A stretch of 64,000 bases of DNA from Candidatus Atabeyarchaeum deiterrae (GTDB taxonomy: Archaea > Asgardarchaeota > Atabeyarchaeia > Atabeyarchaeales > Atabeyarchaeaceae), in assembly GCA_037310415.1 (NCBI GenBank), contig CP147780.1, positions 384,001 to 448,000 on the forward strand, written 5' to 3'. Position 1 is the first letter of the stretch. Every line of letters begins with the position of its first letter. Under the pieces are notes generated by a model. It worked only from the letters and a program-made list of their open reading frames with translations. It did not search any database and was not told where the DNA came from. Of this stretch, positions 19,884 to 29,147 are shown piece by piece. Position numbers and translations under genes: made by a program.

Positions 19884-20306
19884 CTGGAGAGTGGCGTTAT
19901 TGCCACAGCGCCTGGCAAATTGATAATCGCGGGAGAACACGGAGTTGTCTACGGTAAACCAGCCTTGGCAGTGGCGATAGACAGGAGAAGCTATGTTAGA
20001 GTAGATGAGAGAAAAGACAAGAAGATAGTCATAGAGTCTGCCTCTCTGCATGTAAGAGGCGAATACGAAGACGGAAGATTCCAGACGCTCCTGGGAAGAG
20101 AGGCAACCAAAAAGATACTGGATCCAATTCATTTTGCCATCACAGAAGTATTGGAGAATGCAACTCAAAAAAGAGGGATAGATCTAAGAATAGACTCTCA
20201 GATCCCTGTTGGAGCAGGACTTGGATCGTCGGCTTCAACGATTGTTGCCACGGTAGCTGGAACCGCAAGACTCTTGGAAGTCAAGTTATCTCCCAAGGAG
20301 AGATAG
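19884..20306 (+). pseudogene. mvk: Truncated resident mevalonate kinase, N-terminal part (probable CTG start)
   Basis: APGKLIIAGEHGVVYG and GHMP motif IPVGAGLGSSAS, then a stop before HG.PSG.D; canonical position after uS2. Confidence 0.85.
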
Positions 20307-20340
20307 GTTGACTACAATATTAGTATGGAGGAAAACAGAA

Positions 20341-21279
20341 TTGGGAAAAGGATATGGCTACGGTAAGACTATCCTTTTCGGGGAACACTTTGTGGTCTAT
20401 GGTTTGCCAGCGTTGGCATCAGCGCTTGGTGCAAAAACCACAGCCATAATCGATAGGATCCCACGCAAAGGGTATGAGTTGATTGACAACCGTCCCGAGG
20501 TTCCAGGATACAAGAAAGATAAGTACGAGGAACAACAGATTTCCATCAAAAACGTTCTCAAATTTATGGGAGTCGATACCGAAAAGCAGGGTCTGCGTAT
20601 CACTCTTGGTGGGGATCTAATCTGCTCAAGTGGAGTGGGGGCTTCAGCTGCTAGCTGTGTTGCGATAGCGCGAGCAATAACTGATGAATTCAAGCTCAAT
20701 TGGAATGATACAAGGATAAACGATGCGGCCTATGAAGGGGAGAAGGGGTATCATGGAACCCCCAGCGGAATTGATAATACTGCTTCAACATTTGGGGGAT
20801 TGGTGTATTTTGTCAAGAACATGAAGGGCGGTCCAAACACAATGGACACCACCAAATTGAAGAACGTCGTGGAACTTGTTATTGGCAGCTCCGGGATCAC
20901 CTCGGATACCAAAGAGGTGGTTGATGCTGTTAAAAAGTTGAAAGACAAGGATCCCAAATGGTTTGACGATATTATCGGGGAATATTCAAAATTGGTCGCT
21001 CAGGGGCGACAGGCTCTGGAGAATTTCGACTTGCCGCTAGTTGGAAAGTTAATGGACAAAAACCACACACTACTTCAGAAGATCACAGTATCGAATGAGG
21101 TTCTTGACTCAATGGTTGTGATCTCCAGAAAAGCAGGCGCTTTGGGAGCGAAAGTAACTGGAACAGGCCGTGGCGGAAACATGATTGCTTTAACACCCAG
21201 CGTGAAGCTACGAGACAAGGTTGCCAGCGCACTTCAAGCTGCTGGGTATGAAGTTTGGAAAACAACTATTGGCGCTTAG
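20341..21279 (+). CDS. mvk: Mevalonate kinase (second, complete, divergent type)
   Basis: GKTILFGEHFVVYG, SSGVGASA, HGTPSGIDN, GAKVTGTGRGG. Confidence 0.92.
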   Translation: MGKGYGYGKTILFGEHFVVYGLPALASALGAKTTAIIDRIPRKGYELIDNRPEVPGYKKDKYEEQQISIKNVLKFMGVDTEKQGLRITLGGDLICSSGVGASAASCVAIARAITDEFKLNWNDTRINDAAYEGEKGYHGTPSGIDNTASTFGGLVYFVKNMKGGPNTMDTTKLKNVVELVIGSSGITSDTKEVVDAVKKLKDKDPKWFDDIIGEYSKLVAQGRQALENFDLPLVGKLMDKNHTLLQKITVSNEVLDSMVVISRKAGALGAKVTGTGRGGNMIALTPSVKLRDKVASALQAAGYEVWKTTIGA

Positions 21280-21306
21280 CATGTGACATGGTGGTGGAAG
21301 TGAGAA

Positions 21307-22617
21307 ATGGATTTTCGGCAATATGTTGACAAACTAGAGAGAGAGGGAAACCTCTATAGAATAAGGAAAGTAGTTTCAGGTGATGTGGAGGCAGCTGCTG
21401 TTTTGAAGGCGGCTGAGCCGACACCTGTGCTGTTTGAGAGTATTAAGGAAAACAAAGGATTTCGGGTAGCTGGAAACGTCTTTTGTACAAAAGAAAGCAT
21501 CGCCAAGTACTTCGGAATCACAACTGCTGACCTAATCCCAAAACTCACAAAGGCGATTGACCAACGCAGCCAACCAGAGGAGACCAAGAACGCTCCGTGT
21601 CAAGAAGTCGATATGGGGACTGTCGACCTCAACAAGTTGCCCATTCTAATGCACAATAAAGCAGATGGAGGAAGGTACATCTCTTCGGCAGTGGTTATTA
21701 CAAGAGATCCTGAGTATGGACAGAACTTGGACTTCCACCGAGCTATGCAGATCTCCAACAATAAGATGAGTACTAGGATTATTCAGGGCAGAGATTTTTA
21801 CAAATTCCTTGAGCGAAATGAAGAAGTTGAGGCGGCATTCTGCGTTGGCAATACTCCTAATGTCCTGGTCGCTGCTGCGACCTCTGTTCAGACTGGAATT
21901 GATGAACTCTACATCGCAAACGCCCTTGAGAAAATGCGAGTTACAAAAGCGAAATCGGTGAATCTCATGATTCCCGCTGATTGCGAGGTAGTGCTCGAGG
22001 GTAGGGTTTTTATGAAAGAAAGAGCCGCTGAGGGGCCATTCGTCGACTTAACCGAGACCTTCGATATTATTAGGCAGGAGCCCGTTTTCGAAGTCCGTAA
22101 GATCACTCATAGGAGAGACCCTATATGGCAAGCTCTTCTCCCTGGTGCCCTAGAGCATAAATTACTTATGGGAATGCCTCGAGAGCCAACGATTTTCAAG
22201 AAGGTTACAGAGTCGGGTGTCAGATGCCTTGATGTCAATGTGAATCCTGGAGGATGTTCATGGCTCCATGCAATAGTCAAGATCGACAAGAAAAACGAAG
22301 ACGATGGGAAGAAAGCAATTCTTGCAGCCTTCGCTGGTCATTCGAGCTGTAAACATGTATTCGTAGTCGATAAGGACATTAACATCTATGATCCACTCCA
22401 AGTGGAGTGGGCGATGGCCACAAGGTTCCAAGCAGACCGGGGACTAATAAACAAAGGGAAGGAACCGGGATCCAGTCTGGATCCGAGTGCCGATCCGCAG
22501 ACCAAAATGACCAACAAGGTAGGGTTTGACCTGACAGCGCCACTAGTAACGAAGGGAAAGAACTTCGCTCGCGTTGAATTCCCCAAAGTTGATTTGAAAA
22601 AGTATATCGAGGAATGA
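21307..22617 (+). CDS. UbiD-family decarboxylase, probable anhydromevalonate phosphate decarboxylase
   Basis: EGPFVDLT, EHKLLMGMPREP, GGCSWLH, VEWAMATRFQAD; flanked by mvk and AcnX genes. Confidence 0.88.
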   Translation: MDFRQYVDKLEREGNLYRIRKVVSGDVEAAAVLKAAEPTPVLFESIKENKGFRVAGNVFCTKESIAKYFGITTADLIPKLTKAIDQRSQPEETKNAPCQEVDMGTVDLNKLPILMHNKADGGRYISSAVVITRDPEYGQNLDFHRAMQISNNKMSTRIIQGRDFYKFLERNEEVEAAFCVGNTPNVLVAAATSVQTGIDELYIANALEKMRVTKAKSVNLMIPADCEVVLEGRVFMKERAAEGPFVDLTETFDIIRQEPVFEVRKITHRRDPIWQALLPGALEHKLLMGMPREPTIFKKVTESGVRCLDVNVNPGGCSWLHAIVKIDKKNEDDGKKAILAAFAGHSSCKHVFVVDKDINIYDPLQVEWAMATRFQADRGLINKGKEPGSSLDPSADPQTKMTNKVGFDLTAPLVTKGKNFARVEFPKVDLKKYIEE

Positions 22618-22620
22618 TCT

Positions 22621-23796
22621 ATGAAACTAACTACTGAAGAGAAGAAGATGGCTGATGGCGAGTACGGCTATGCCACTCAGAAAGCGATGGAGATACTAGT
22701 TACCTTGGGGGAGATCTATGAAGCCGAACGGATGATTCCCGTTAGTTCAGTCCAAATCTCTGGTGTAAGTTATGCAAATCTTGAAGAAGCGGGGCTTGAG
22801 TGGCTGGCTGAGATGGCTAAAGATGGGAAGGTTCGTGTACTTACTACGTTGAATCCAGCAGGTATGGATCTTGAAGATTGGAAGAAACTTGGGATAAGTG
22901 AGGATTTCGCCAGAAATCAACAGCGTGTAATCGATGCGTTCTTCCGAATGGGGGTTATCACAACATGTACATGTACCCCTTATCTTGTCGGAAACGTACC
23001 CCACTTTGGTGAACACATATCATGGGGAGAGAGCAGCGCAATCTGCTATGCTAACTCGGTACTGGGAGCCCGAACCAACCGTGAGGGGGGGCCCAGTGCC
23101 CTTGGTGCAGCATTGACTGGAAGAACACCGGAATATGGTTTTCATCTGGACAACAAGAGACAACCACAAGTGAAAGCCCAAGTACAGGCAAAACTGAATG
23201 GGACATACGAATTTGGCGCTTTAGGAAAGGTTCTGGGCGAAAAGTTGGGGGAAAAGATTAGTTATATCACAGGAATCCCAAGCGCATCAGTCGAGGAACT
23301 CAAATCCCTTTGTGCTTCCTATGCTACCTATGGGGGAGTTGCCCTCTTCCACATTGAGGGGATCACTCCCGATAGAGTCAGCCAAATTCCTGTTGAAACA
23401 GTTACGGTTACGGATGAGGACATTAAAGCTGCGATCAATGCTTTGAATCAAGAAACATCTATCGATTTTGTCAGTATTGGTTGCCCACACGCGACATTGG
23501 CTGAACTCGAATACATTGCCAACAAATTGAAAGGAAAACAAGTGAAGAAAGAGGTCTGGATAACGACTGCACGCCCTACGAAGCAAATGGCAGACCGGAT
23601 GGGTTTCACCAAAATGATCGAAGGAGCTGGAGCCAAGGTTGCTGCAGATACTTGCTGTGTCGTGGCTCCCATAAAAGGGAGATTTGTTGGATTAGCCACC
23701 GACTCAGCTAAGGGCTGCTATTACGGATCAGGGAAAAACAGGTTCAAGGTAAAATTGATGTCCATCGATGAATGCATTGAGGAGGCGCTTAGGTAG
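22621..23796 (+). CDS. Aconitase X (type 2) catalytic subunit, probable phosphomevalonate dehydratase large subunit
   Basis: ISGVSY, TTLNPAG, TCTCTPY, ESSA..YANSVLGARTN, IGCPH, DTC. Confidence 0.9.
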   Translation: MKLTTEEKKMADGEYGYATQKAMEILVTLGEIYEAERMIPVSSVQISGVSYANLEEAGLEWLAEMAKDGKVRVLTTLNPAGMDLEDWKKLGISEDFARNQQRVIDAFFRMGVITTCTCTPYLVGNVPHFGEHISWGESSAICYANSVLGARTNREGGPSALGAALTGRTPEYGFHLDNKRQPQVKAQVQAKLNGTYEFGALGKVLGEKLGEKISYITGIPSASVEELKSLCASYATYGGVALFHIEGITPDRVSQIPVETVTVTDEDIKAAINALNQETSIDFVSIGCPHATLAELEYIANKLKGKQVKKEVWITTARPTKQMADRMGFTKMIEGAGAKVAADTCCVVAPIKGRFVGLATDSAKGCYYGSGKNRFKVKLMSIDECIEEALR

Positions 23797-24186
23797 ATGC
23801 AGCTAAAAGGAAGAAAAATCTACAGAGGCAAAGCAGAAGGGGAAGCACTCGTAACGAAACAAAGCATCTCATTCTACGGTGGTGTTGATCCGTCAACTGG
23901 AACGATTGTGGAACGGGGACATGAGCTAGAGGGAAAATCGATCACGGGGAAGATCCTTGTATTCCCGACGGGAAAGGGATCGACTGTTGGCTCCTATGTA
24001 CTTTATCAAATGTCTAAGAATGGCAAAGGACCGAAAGGACTCGTCCTAAAAGAGTGTGAGGCAATTGTGGCAGTCGGATGCATCATTGGCGGAATCCCAT
24101 GCATTGACCACATAGACATCGAGAAGCTAACCACGGGTAAACACCTCATCCTAGATGCGAACAAATCTGCTTTGGAGTTCAAGTGA
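23797..24186 (+). CDS. Aconitase X swivel subunit (DUF126), probable phosphomevalonate dehydratase small subunit
   Basis: ISFYGGVDP.TG, GKGSTVGSY. Confidence 0.9.
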   Translation: MQLKGRKIYRGKAEGEALVTKQSISFYGGVDPSTGTIVERGHELEGKSITGKILVFPTGKGSTVGSYVLYQMSKNGKGPKGLVLKECEAIVAVGCIIGGIPCIDHIDIEKLTTGKHLILDANKSALEFK

Positions 24187-24322
24187 AAACCCTCAGATAA
24201 CCTACAGTTCCGAGGAATCCAAAAGTAGGAAAGAAATTCGCACCGCTGACCAATGGGCATCAATGCCTGTACGGGACTAACACGTAACCTTTCAGCTTTG
24301 TTCGAGACACCGATTTGAATAA

Positions 24323-24480
24323 GTCAACTACCACCTATTGAAGTAGGTGGTTTGTGCTCGTGGTGAGGAGCATTGTTGCTAACTAGTGCTTGCTCACCGT
24401 CATGGCACCGGACGGGCTGGTTGACAGCAGCCTCACTCTGGGAAAACTGGACGGGATAAGGTGTTTGAGCACGTTGTTTG
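24323..24480 (-). ncRNA. Putative TnpB omegaRNA (reRNA) scaffold overlapping the tnpB 3' end
   Basis: Inferred from family behaviour and the right-end hairpin; 5' boundary approximate. Confidence 0.55.
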
Positions 24481-25592
24481 GTGGTCCGCTCCCAGAGCAG
24501 TTTAGCGATGTTCACCGACGCGTTTCTATCCGCGTTGGCGGCGAACCCGCAACCGCATTTGAACCGGCTTCCGTTCCTAACGCCTCGTGCACCGCACTTC
24601 GAGCATACCTGCGACGTGTTCCGTGGACTGACCAGGCTAACCTCAACGCCTTCCTGCCAAGCTACGCTCTGAATCGCCTGCCTAAACATCGAGTAGGGCA
24701 TCCGCTTCACCTTCCGGTTCGACTTTCGACTGAGCTTCGTGCTCTTCGACCCCTTGAGGTCTTCTACGGCGATAGTGCCGCCGTGTTGTTTGGCGAGGAC
24801 GACTATCCTATGCGCTTCTTGGTAGCACCTCGTCTTGGCGAAGTTGTGCTCATATCCTCTGAGTTCTCCGAGGACGCGCCGCGCCCTTCTAGAACCCGTA
24901 GAGGCGTGAGCCTGAAGCTTGGAGCGACGGACGCCAAGGTCGCGCTTAACCCGCCACACATCGCGCCCAAAGTACAGCTGCCGTCCAGCTCTCCCGGCGT
25001 TGAAGACCGTCACGGCAGCGAGGGTGCCGACCCCGACATCCACGCCGACAGCCACACGACTTGTCGTGGGTTCGGCGACCGCGAATGTTCGCTTAAGCGT
25101 GACCCTGGTCAACTGCGAGTCGAGCAGTTTAAACTCGGTGAATGTCCAGCCGCCTTGGAGCAGCTGCCCGAGTCTTCGCCACGCGCCATCTTTGGCGACG
25201 GGTAGACCGAGCCTTCCATTGAGCGTCGCCACACTCAGAACCGGATTGCAGCGCTTTGTCTGGGTAAGCGAGGCGCTTCGTGGAACGTTGTAGGAGACTG
25301 GCAGGCGCCTGAACCCAGAGATCTTGTGCTTCCGCTTCGCCCAGACCTCGCGTCGAGCTGCGCATACGAGTTGGGCTGGAAGCTCGGACTTCTCGCACAT
25401 TTTCGTGTAGGTGAGGTGGTGGAGCTGGTTTTCCGTGTGTGGCTTCTCGGACTTGAGAGTGGAGAGGACTTCGTTGGCGACGCCAACGTATTCGGAAAAT
25501 AGAGAGAAGAGTTTATTCTGCTTCACCCTCGTCAAGGGGAGTAGGTTCAACTCTACGGACCTGATAACCTCTCTCCACACACTCAAACACAA
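24324..25592 (-). CDS. tnpB: RNA-guided endonuclease TnpB
   Basis: RuvC-I GVDVG, RuvC-II VEDL, Zn finger CSKC..CGC, RuvC-III ADRNASVNI; exact start uncertain. Confidence 0.93.
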   Translation of the reverse strand: MCLSVWREVIRSVELNLLPLTRVKQNKLFSLFSEYVGVANEVLSTLKSEKPHTENQLHHLTYTKMCEKSELPAQLVCAARREVWAKRKHKISGFRRLPVSYNVPRSASLTQTKRCNPVLSVATLNGRLGLPVAKDGAWRRLGQLLQGGWTFTEFKLLDSQLTRVTLKRTFAVAEPTTSRVAVGVDVGVGTLAAVTVFNAGRAGRQLYFGRDVWRVKRDLGVRRSKLQAHASTGSRRARRVLGELRGYEHNFAKTRCYQEAHRIVVLAKQHGGTIAVEDLKGSKSTKLSRKSNRKVKRMPYSMFRQAIQSVAWQEGVEVSLVSPRNTSQVCSKCGARGVRNGSRFKCGCGFAANADRNASVNIAKLLWERTTKQRAQTPYPVQFSQSEAAVNQPVRCHDGEQALVSNNAPHHEHKPPTSIGGS

Positions 25593-25688
25593 AGCATAAT
25601 GTTGCCGCTAGTGTCTTAAGAACTCCCAGAAGGAAGGAGCAATTCCTTCACCGTTTGAAAACGGTGGTCTCCTTGCTCCAACGACCAT

Positions 25689-25772
25689 GATGTTGGGAGA
25701 GAAATCGAAAAGGCTGGAGGAACAGTGATACAAACTAGCAAGACTGAAGGAGGGGTAGCGACAGAAGGCTAG
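25689..25772 (+). pseudogene. Probable C-terminal remnant of the resident mevalonate kinase
   Basis: DVGREIEKAGGTVIQTSKTEGGVATEG-stop resembles archaeal MVK C-termini (V...IE.AGG.......EGV). Confidence 0.55.
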
Positions 25773-25788
25773 ACCGGAATGCCGCAGA

Positions 25789-26643
25789 TCAAGGTAAAAT
25801 CGAAGTACCCACTTTCTCGCCTCTTAGAGCCTTTAAGATGTTACCTTCTTGGAGAGCATTAATCACCATTGATGGGATCCCCAGCCTCGCGATAGACATT
25901 AGCTCTTTGAACTTTCTGCCCATGCCCCCGTCGACATCCAGACTAGAACTCTCCCTCGGACTGAACTTATCTTTCTCAGACAGGGTTATTGTCTCGACGA
26001 GCTTAGCTCTGGAATTCTTCTTCGGGTCATCCGTAAAAATCCCTTGAACATCTGTACCTGCAATTACGAGATCCACGTCCTTCAGCTCTCTTGCGCACAG
26101 GTAAAGTATGGTATCACCTGAAAGGACGCTCGCATCTCCATTTTGATCAAAAACAATGTCCCCGAAGAGAACAGGCGTGTAATGTTCAACTAATCGCTCT
26201 AATCTGGGACAGTCAAACAATGCATCAATACCAACCCACGGTCGTTCTGTGTCCCTGCTAGTGACAGTAAACAATGAATGAGGAGGAATGCTGACCGCCG
26301 GAATACCACTGCTGAGCATCTCATTCATGAAAATGGTGTTCTCTAGCTGAACAGAGTACAGAGTCAAAGGCCATCCGACTAGTCTCTGTTCGAGAGGATC
26401 TACTTCAAGGAAACTACTGACTGGGAAATGACCAAATATCCCTGCTCCATGGACTACGATCAAATATCCAAGGTTAGGAAGGCAAGTTTTTATTTCTTGG
26501 CAAATTCTCCTAACTACTTCAGTATTCATAAATCTGGTCGCATTATCCCATATTCCCTTTGGGCTGAGCGGGAAATTCGTGGAGCCCTTGTACGTAACTA
26601 TGCTACCGCCCAGTTTCAGTAGAACATTCTTTCTCTTCGCCAT
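25789..26643 (-). CDS. ipk: Isopentenyl phosphate kinase
   Basis: LKLGGS, VHGAGIFGH, LSGD, DVDGGMGRK; next to fni. Confidence 0.88.
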   Translation of the reverse strand: MAKRKNVLLKLGGSIVTYKGSTNFPLSPKGIWDNATRFMNTEVVRRICQEIKTCLPNLGYLIVVHGAGIFGHFPVSSFLEVDPLEQRLVGWPLTLYSVQLENTIFMNEMLSSGIPAVSIPPHSLFTVTSRDTERPWVGIDALFDCPRLERLVEHYTPVLFGDIVFDQNGDASVLSGDTILYLCARELKDVDLVIAGTDVQGIFTDDPKKNSRAKLVETITLSEKDKFSPRESSSLDVDGGMGRKFKELMSIARLGIPSMVINALQEGNILKALRGEKVGTSILP

Positions 26644-26813
26644 AGCCTGGGGCACCAGCCTCAACATTAATAATGAAATCGAAGATTAGATTCTTCAAGA
26701 GGCAAAACTACAATATAATACTACTGCGTTCTCGTTTCCAACTAGGGTTGATCTGAGATTAACTGATGTTCTGATCCTCGCTTAGAGATTGGATTTCCTG
26801 GAGGTAGAAAAAG

Positions 26814-27986
26814 TTGAGAAAAAGTGCCGCAAAACCGAGGGAAAAAGAACAGATACCTCCGAACCGCCTCACAAGTGAGAGGAAACTCGACCATATTCGT
26901 ATATGTTTAACCAAAGATGTGCAAGCGTTGCAGAAGAAAACCGGATTCCAGGATGTTGAACTGATTCACAATGCCATTCCCGAAATAGATATGAGTGAAG
27001 TGAAGACGGAGACAGAACTATTCGATAGGAAACTGGCTTTTCCCTTGATTATTGCTGGAATGACTGGCGGACACCCAACAACCAAGAGAATCAATGAGAC
27101 TCTGGCAAGGGTTGCACAGGAAACAGGGATTGGCATGGGTGTGGGAAGCCAGAGAGCAGCCATTGAGGACGCTTCGCTCGTGGAGACCTTTTCAGTAGTC
27201 CGAAAAGTCGCTCCAGACATACTTGTCATAGGTAACTTAGGCGCTCCTCAGCTTTCCAGAGGATATGGAGTCAGAGAAGCCAAGAAAGCTGTCGAGATGA
27301 TAGATGCTGACGCATTAGCGATCCATCTCAATCCACTTCAGGAAGCAGTTCAACCAGAAGGGGAAACAAGCACCAAGCAGACATTCAAGAAGATTGCTGA
27401 TATCGCCGACCAACTTGAGGTCCCCGTCATAACAAAAGAAACAGGATGTGGAATCGCTTACGAACAAGCTCTCAGATTCGCTGAAATCAACGTAAAAGGT
27501 GTTGACGTCGGCGGAGCTGGCGGAACTAGTTGGCCTGCAGTGGAAGCCTACCGACAGCTTGGCAAAGGAACTAATAATTGTGACGCTATCCCTCTAGGTT
27601 TCACTTTCAGAGATTGGGGAATCTCGACTGCCGCCAGCATCGTTGAAGTCTCGACTGTTGAGGGGTTAAAGACAATAGCGACTGGCGGAGTAAGAAATGG
27701 AATAGATGTGGCAAAAGCGATCGCGTTAGGGGCAGATGTTGCAGGAGTAGCACTACCTTTTCTGAAGCCCGCATACATGGGTGATGAAGAGACTCTCAGA
27801 GCTATGGTTCTCAGAATAGCAAAAGAGCTGAGGACTGTAATGTACTTGACAGAGTCGCGGAATACAGATGCCCTAGGAGAAGCAAATCTGGTGCTGGGAG
27901 GAAAACTGTCGGAGTGGCTCACGATGCGAGGATTCGAACCGAGGCAGTATGCTAAACGGAGAAGGTGGATACAAAGAATGAAGTGA
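26814..27986 (+). CDS. fni: Type 2 isopentenyl-diphosphate delta-isomerase
   Basis: RKLDHI, MTGG, GVGSQR, HLNPLQE, KETGCG, GAGGTSW. Confidence 0.96.
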   Translation: MRKSAAKPREKEQIPPNRLTSERKLDHIRICLTKDVQALQKKTGFQDVELIHNAIPEIDMSEVKTETELFDRKLAFPLIIAGMTGGHPTTKRINETLARVAQETGIGMGVGSQRAAIEDASLVETFSVVRKVAPDILVIGNLGAPQLSRGYGVREAKKAVEMIDADALAIHLNPLQEAVQPEGETSTKQTFKKIADIADQLEVPVITKETGCGIAYEQALRFAEINVKGVDVGGAGGTSWPAVEAYRQLGKGTNNCDAIPLGFTFRDWGISTAASIVEVSTVEGLKTIATGGVRNGIDVAKAIALGADVAGVALPFLKPAYMGDEETLRAMVLRIAKELRTVMYLTESRNTDALGEANLVLGGKLSEWLTMRGFEPRQYAKRRRWIQRMK

Positions 27987-28085
27987 CAAGCCATGACCTG
28001 AAAAGTGCATCAAACACATTTCGAGCACAAGCCTTTTATGTGAATCTGCTTTACGAAGATACCACCAGTCCTGACATGAATCGGA

Positions 28086-28108
28086 GATGATCCTCTGATA
28101 AGGGGTGA
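28086..28108 (+). promoter_or_regulatory. Putative kink-turn in the l7ae leader overlapping the SD
   Basis: GAU-GA-U-CCUC-loop-GGGG-U-GA gives tandem G.A, U.U and 4 bp; the canonical stem is weak. Confidence 0.5.
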
Positions 28109-28116
28109 TGTATCTT

Positions 28117-28497
28117 TTGTCTAAGAAGTTTGAGGCTCCGAAGGAGCTTGTTGATAAGGCATACCATGCGATCGAGCTTGCAAGGAAAAGTGGAAAAGTC
28201 AAGAGAGGAACAAATGAGGCCACCAAGACTATTGAAAGAGGCATAGCAAAACTGGTAGTTATTGCTGCAGACGTTGATCCGCCCGAAATCGTTGCTCCAA
28301 TACCGTACATCTGCGATGAGAAGAAGATACCGTTCATTTTCGTTCCAAGTAAGGAAAAACTCGGGAACGCTTGTGGAATAGACGTACCTGCTGCTGCAGT
28401 GGCGATCACGGAAGGTGGCGAAGCAGAGAAAATCGTCAAGGAAATCGTAGAGAAATTGAAGGAAATAAGAGAGACTGGAAAACCGAAGAAAGAATGA
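28117..28497 (+). CDS. rpl7ae: 50S ribosomal protein L7Ae (eL8)
   Basis: GTNEATKTIERG, DVDPPEIV, LGNACG. Confidence 0.96.
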   Translation: MSKKFEAPKELVDKAYHAIELARKSGKVKRGTNEATKTIERGIAKLVVIAADVDPPEIVAPIPYICDEKKIPFIFVPSKEKLGNACGIDVPAAAVAITEGGEAEKIVKEIVEKLKEIRETGKPKKE

Positions 28498-28609
28498 TTA
28501 ACTAGAGGGTAGCGTTTTCGGAAAGGAGCCGAACGTACCCCAAGAAACGGATCTTGAGAATCCTTCTTTCATTACATGCAAAGATGATGCTTGTAGGTGA
28601 ATGGGTAGT

Positions 28610-28837
28610 ATGTCAAGGGGACCCGGAACGGAGGATCTGTCTATACCTGCGGAAGTTATACAGGTCGTGGGAAGAACAGGCGTCACAGGGGAGATAACAC
28701 AGGTAAAGGTTAGAGTCCTCGAAGGCCGAGACAAGGGAAGAATACTCACAAGAAATGTCAAAGGTCCTGTCAGAGTTGGAGACACTCTCATACTACGAGA
28801 TACCGAGAGAGAAGCAAGAAAACTTAGGACTTCATGA
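28610..28837 (+). CDS. rps28e: 30S ribosomal protein eS28
   Basis: [24 protein letters not shown]. Confidence 0.97.
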   Translation: MSRGPGTEDLSIPAEVIQVVGRTGVTGEITQVKVRVLEGRDKGRILTRNVKGPVRVGDTLILRDTEREARKLRTS

Positions 28838-28885
28838 GCAGAAAACCAAGGACAAAAGAGCAACTTGCAGCAGTAGGTGATGCTA

Positions 28886-29131
28886 ATGGTAAGGGAGACA
28901 AGGTGCCTGTTCTGCGGATCAAACATCAAAGCTGGCACAGGGATTATCTACGTCAAAAATGACGGCGTCGCAATGAATTTCTGCTCATCAAAATGCAGAA
29001 AAAGCATGATTGTGCTAAAAAGAGATCCTAGGAAGCTAAAATGGACAAAAGTACACTCAGAGAAACTCAGAGAAGCACAGAAAGCCAAGGAGACGAGAGC
29101 AGCTAAGAAATCTAAGGCGACTAGGAGATAG
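28886..29131 (+). CDS. rpl24e: 50S ribosomal protein eL24
   Basis: CLFCG, FCSSKC, PRKLKWT. Confidence 0.96.
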   Translation: MVRETRCLFCGSNIKAGTGIIYVKNDGVAMNFCSSKCRKSMIVLKRDPRKLKWTKVHSEKLREAQKAKETRAAKKSKATRR

Positions 29132-29147
29132 CCTCGGAGATCTGCGC

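Larger units (their letters stand above)
24323..25686 (-). mobile_element. IS200/IS605-family TnpB-only (IS1341-like) element
   Basis: Markedly higher GC than flanks; left-end hairpin CACCGTTTTCAAACGGTG after TCAT; right-end hairpin CCACCTA-CTTCAA-TAGGTGG ending TAGTTGAC; no tnpA. Confidence 0.85.

Noticed and set aside
20302-20312. TAGGTTGAC at the mvk truncation point, resembling the IS right end TAGTTGAC
   Set aside because: No subterminal hairpin; too short to be significant.
24390-25205. 271-aa plus-strand ORF
   Set aside because: Antisense shadow of the GC-rich tnpB; no motifs.
26540-26590. Possible in-frame 33-nt BHB intron explaining the IPK insertion
   Set aside because: The central helix can form, but the outer helix does not pair and the ORF is open without splicing.
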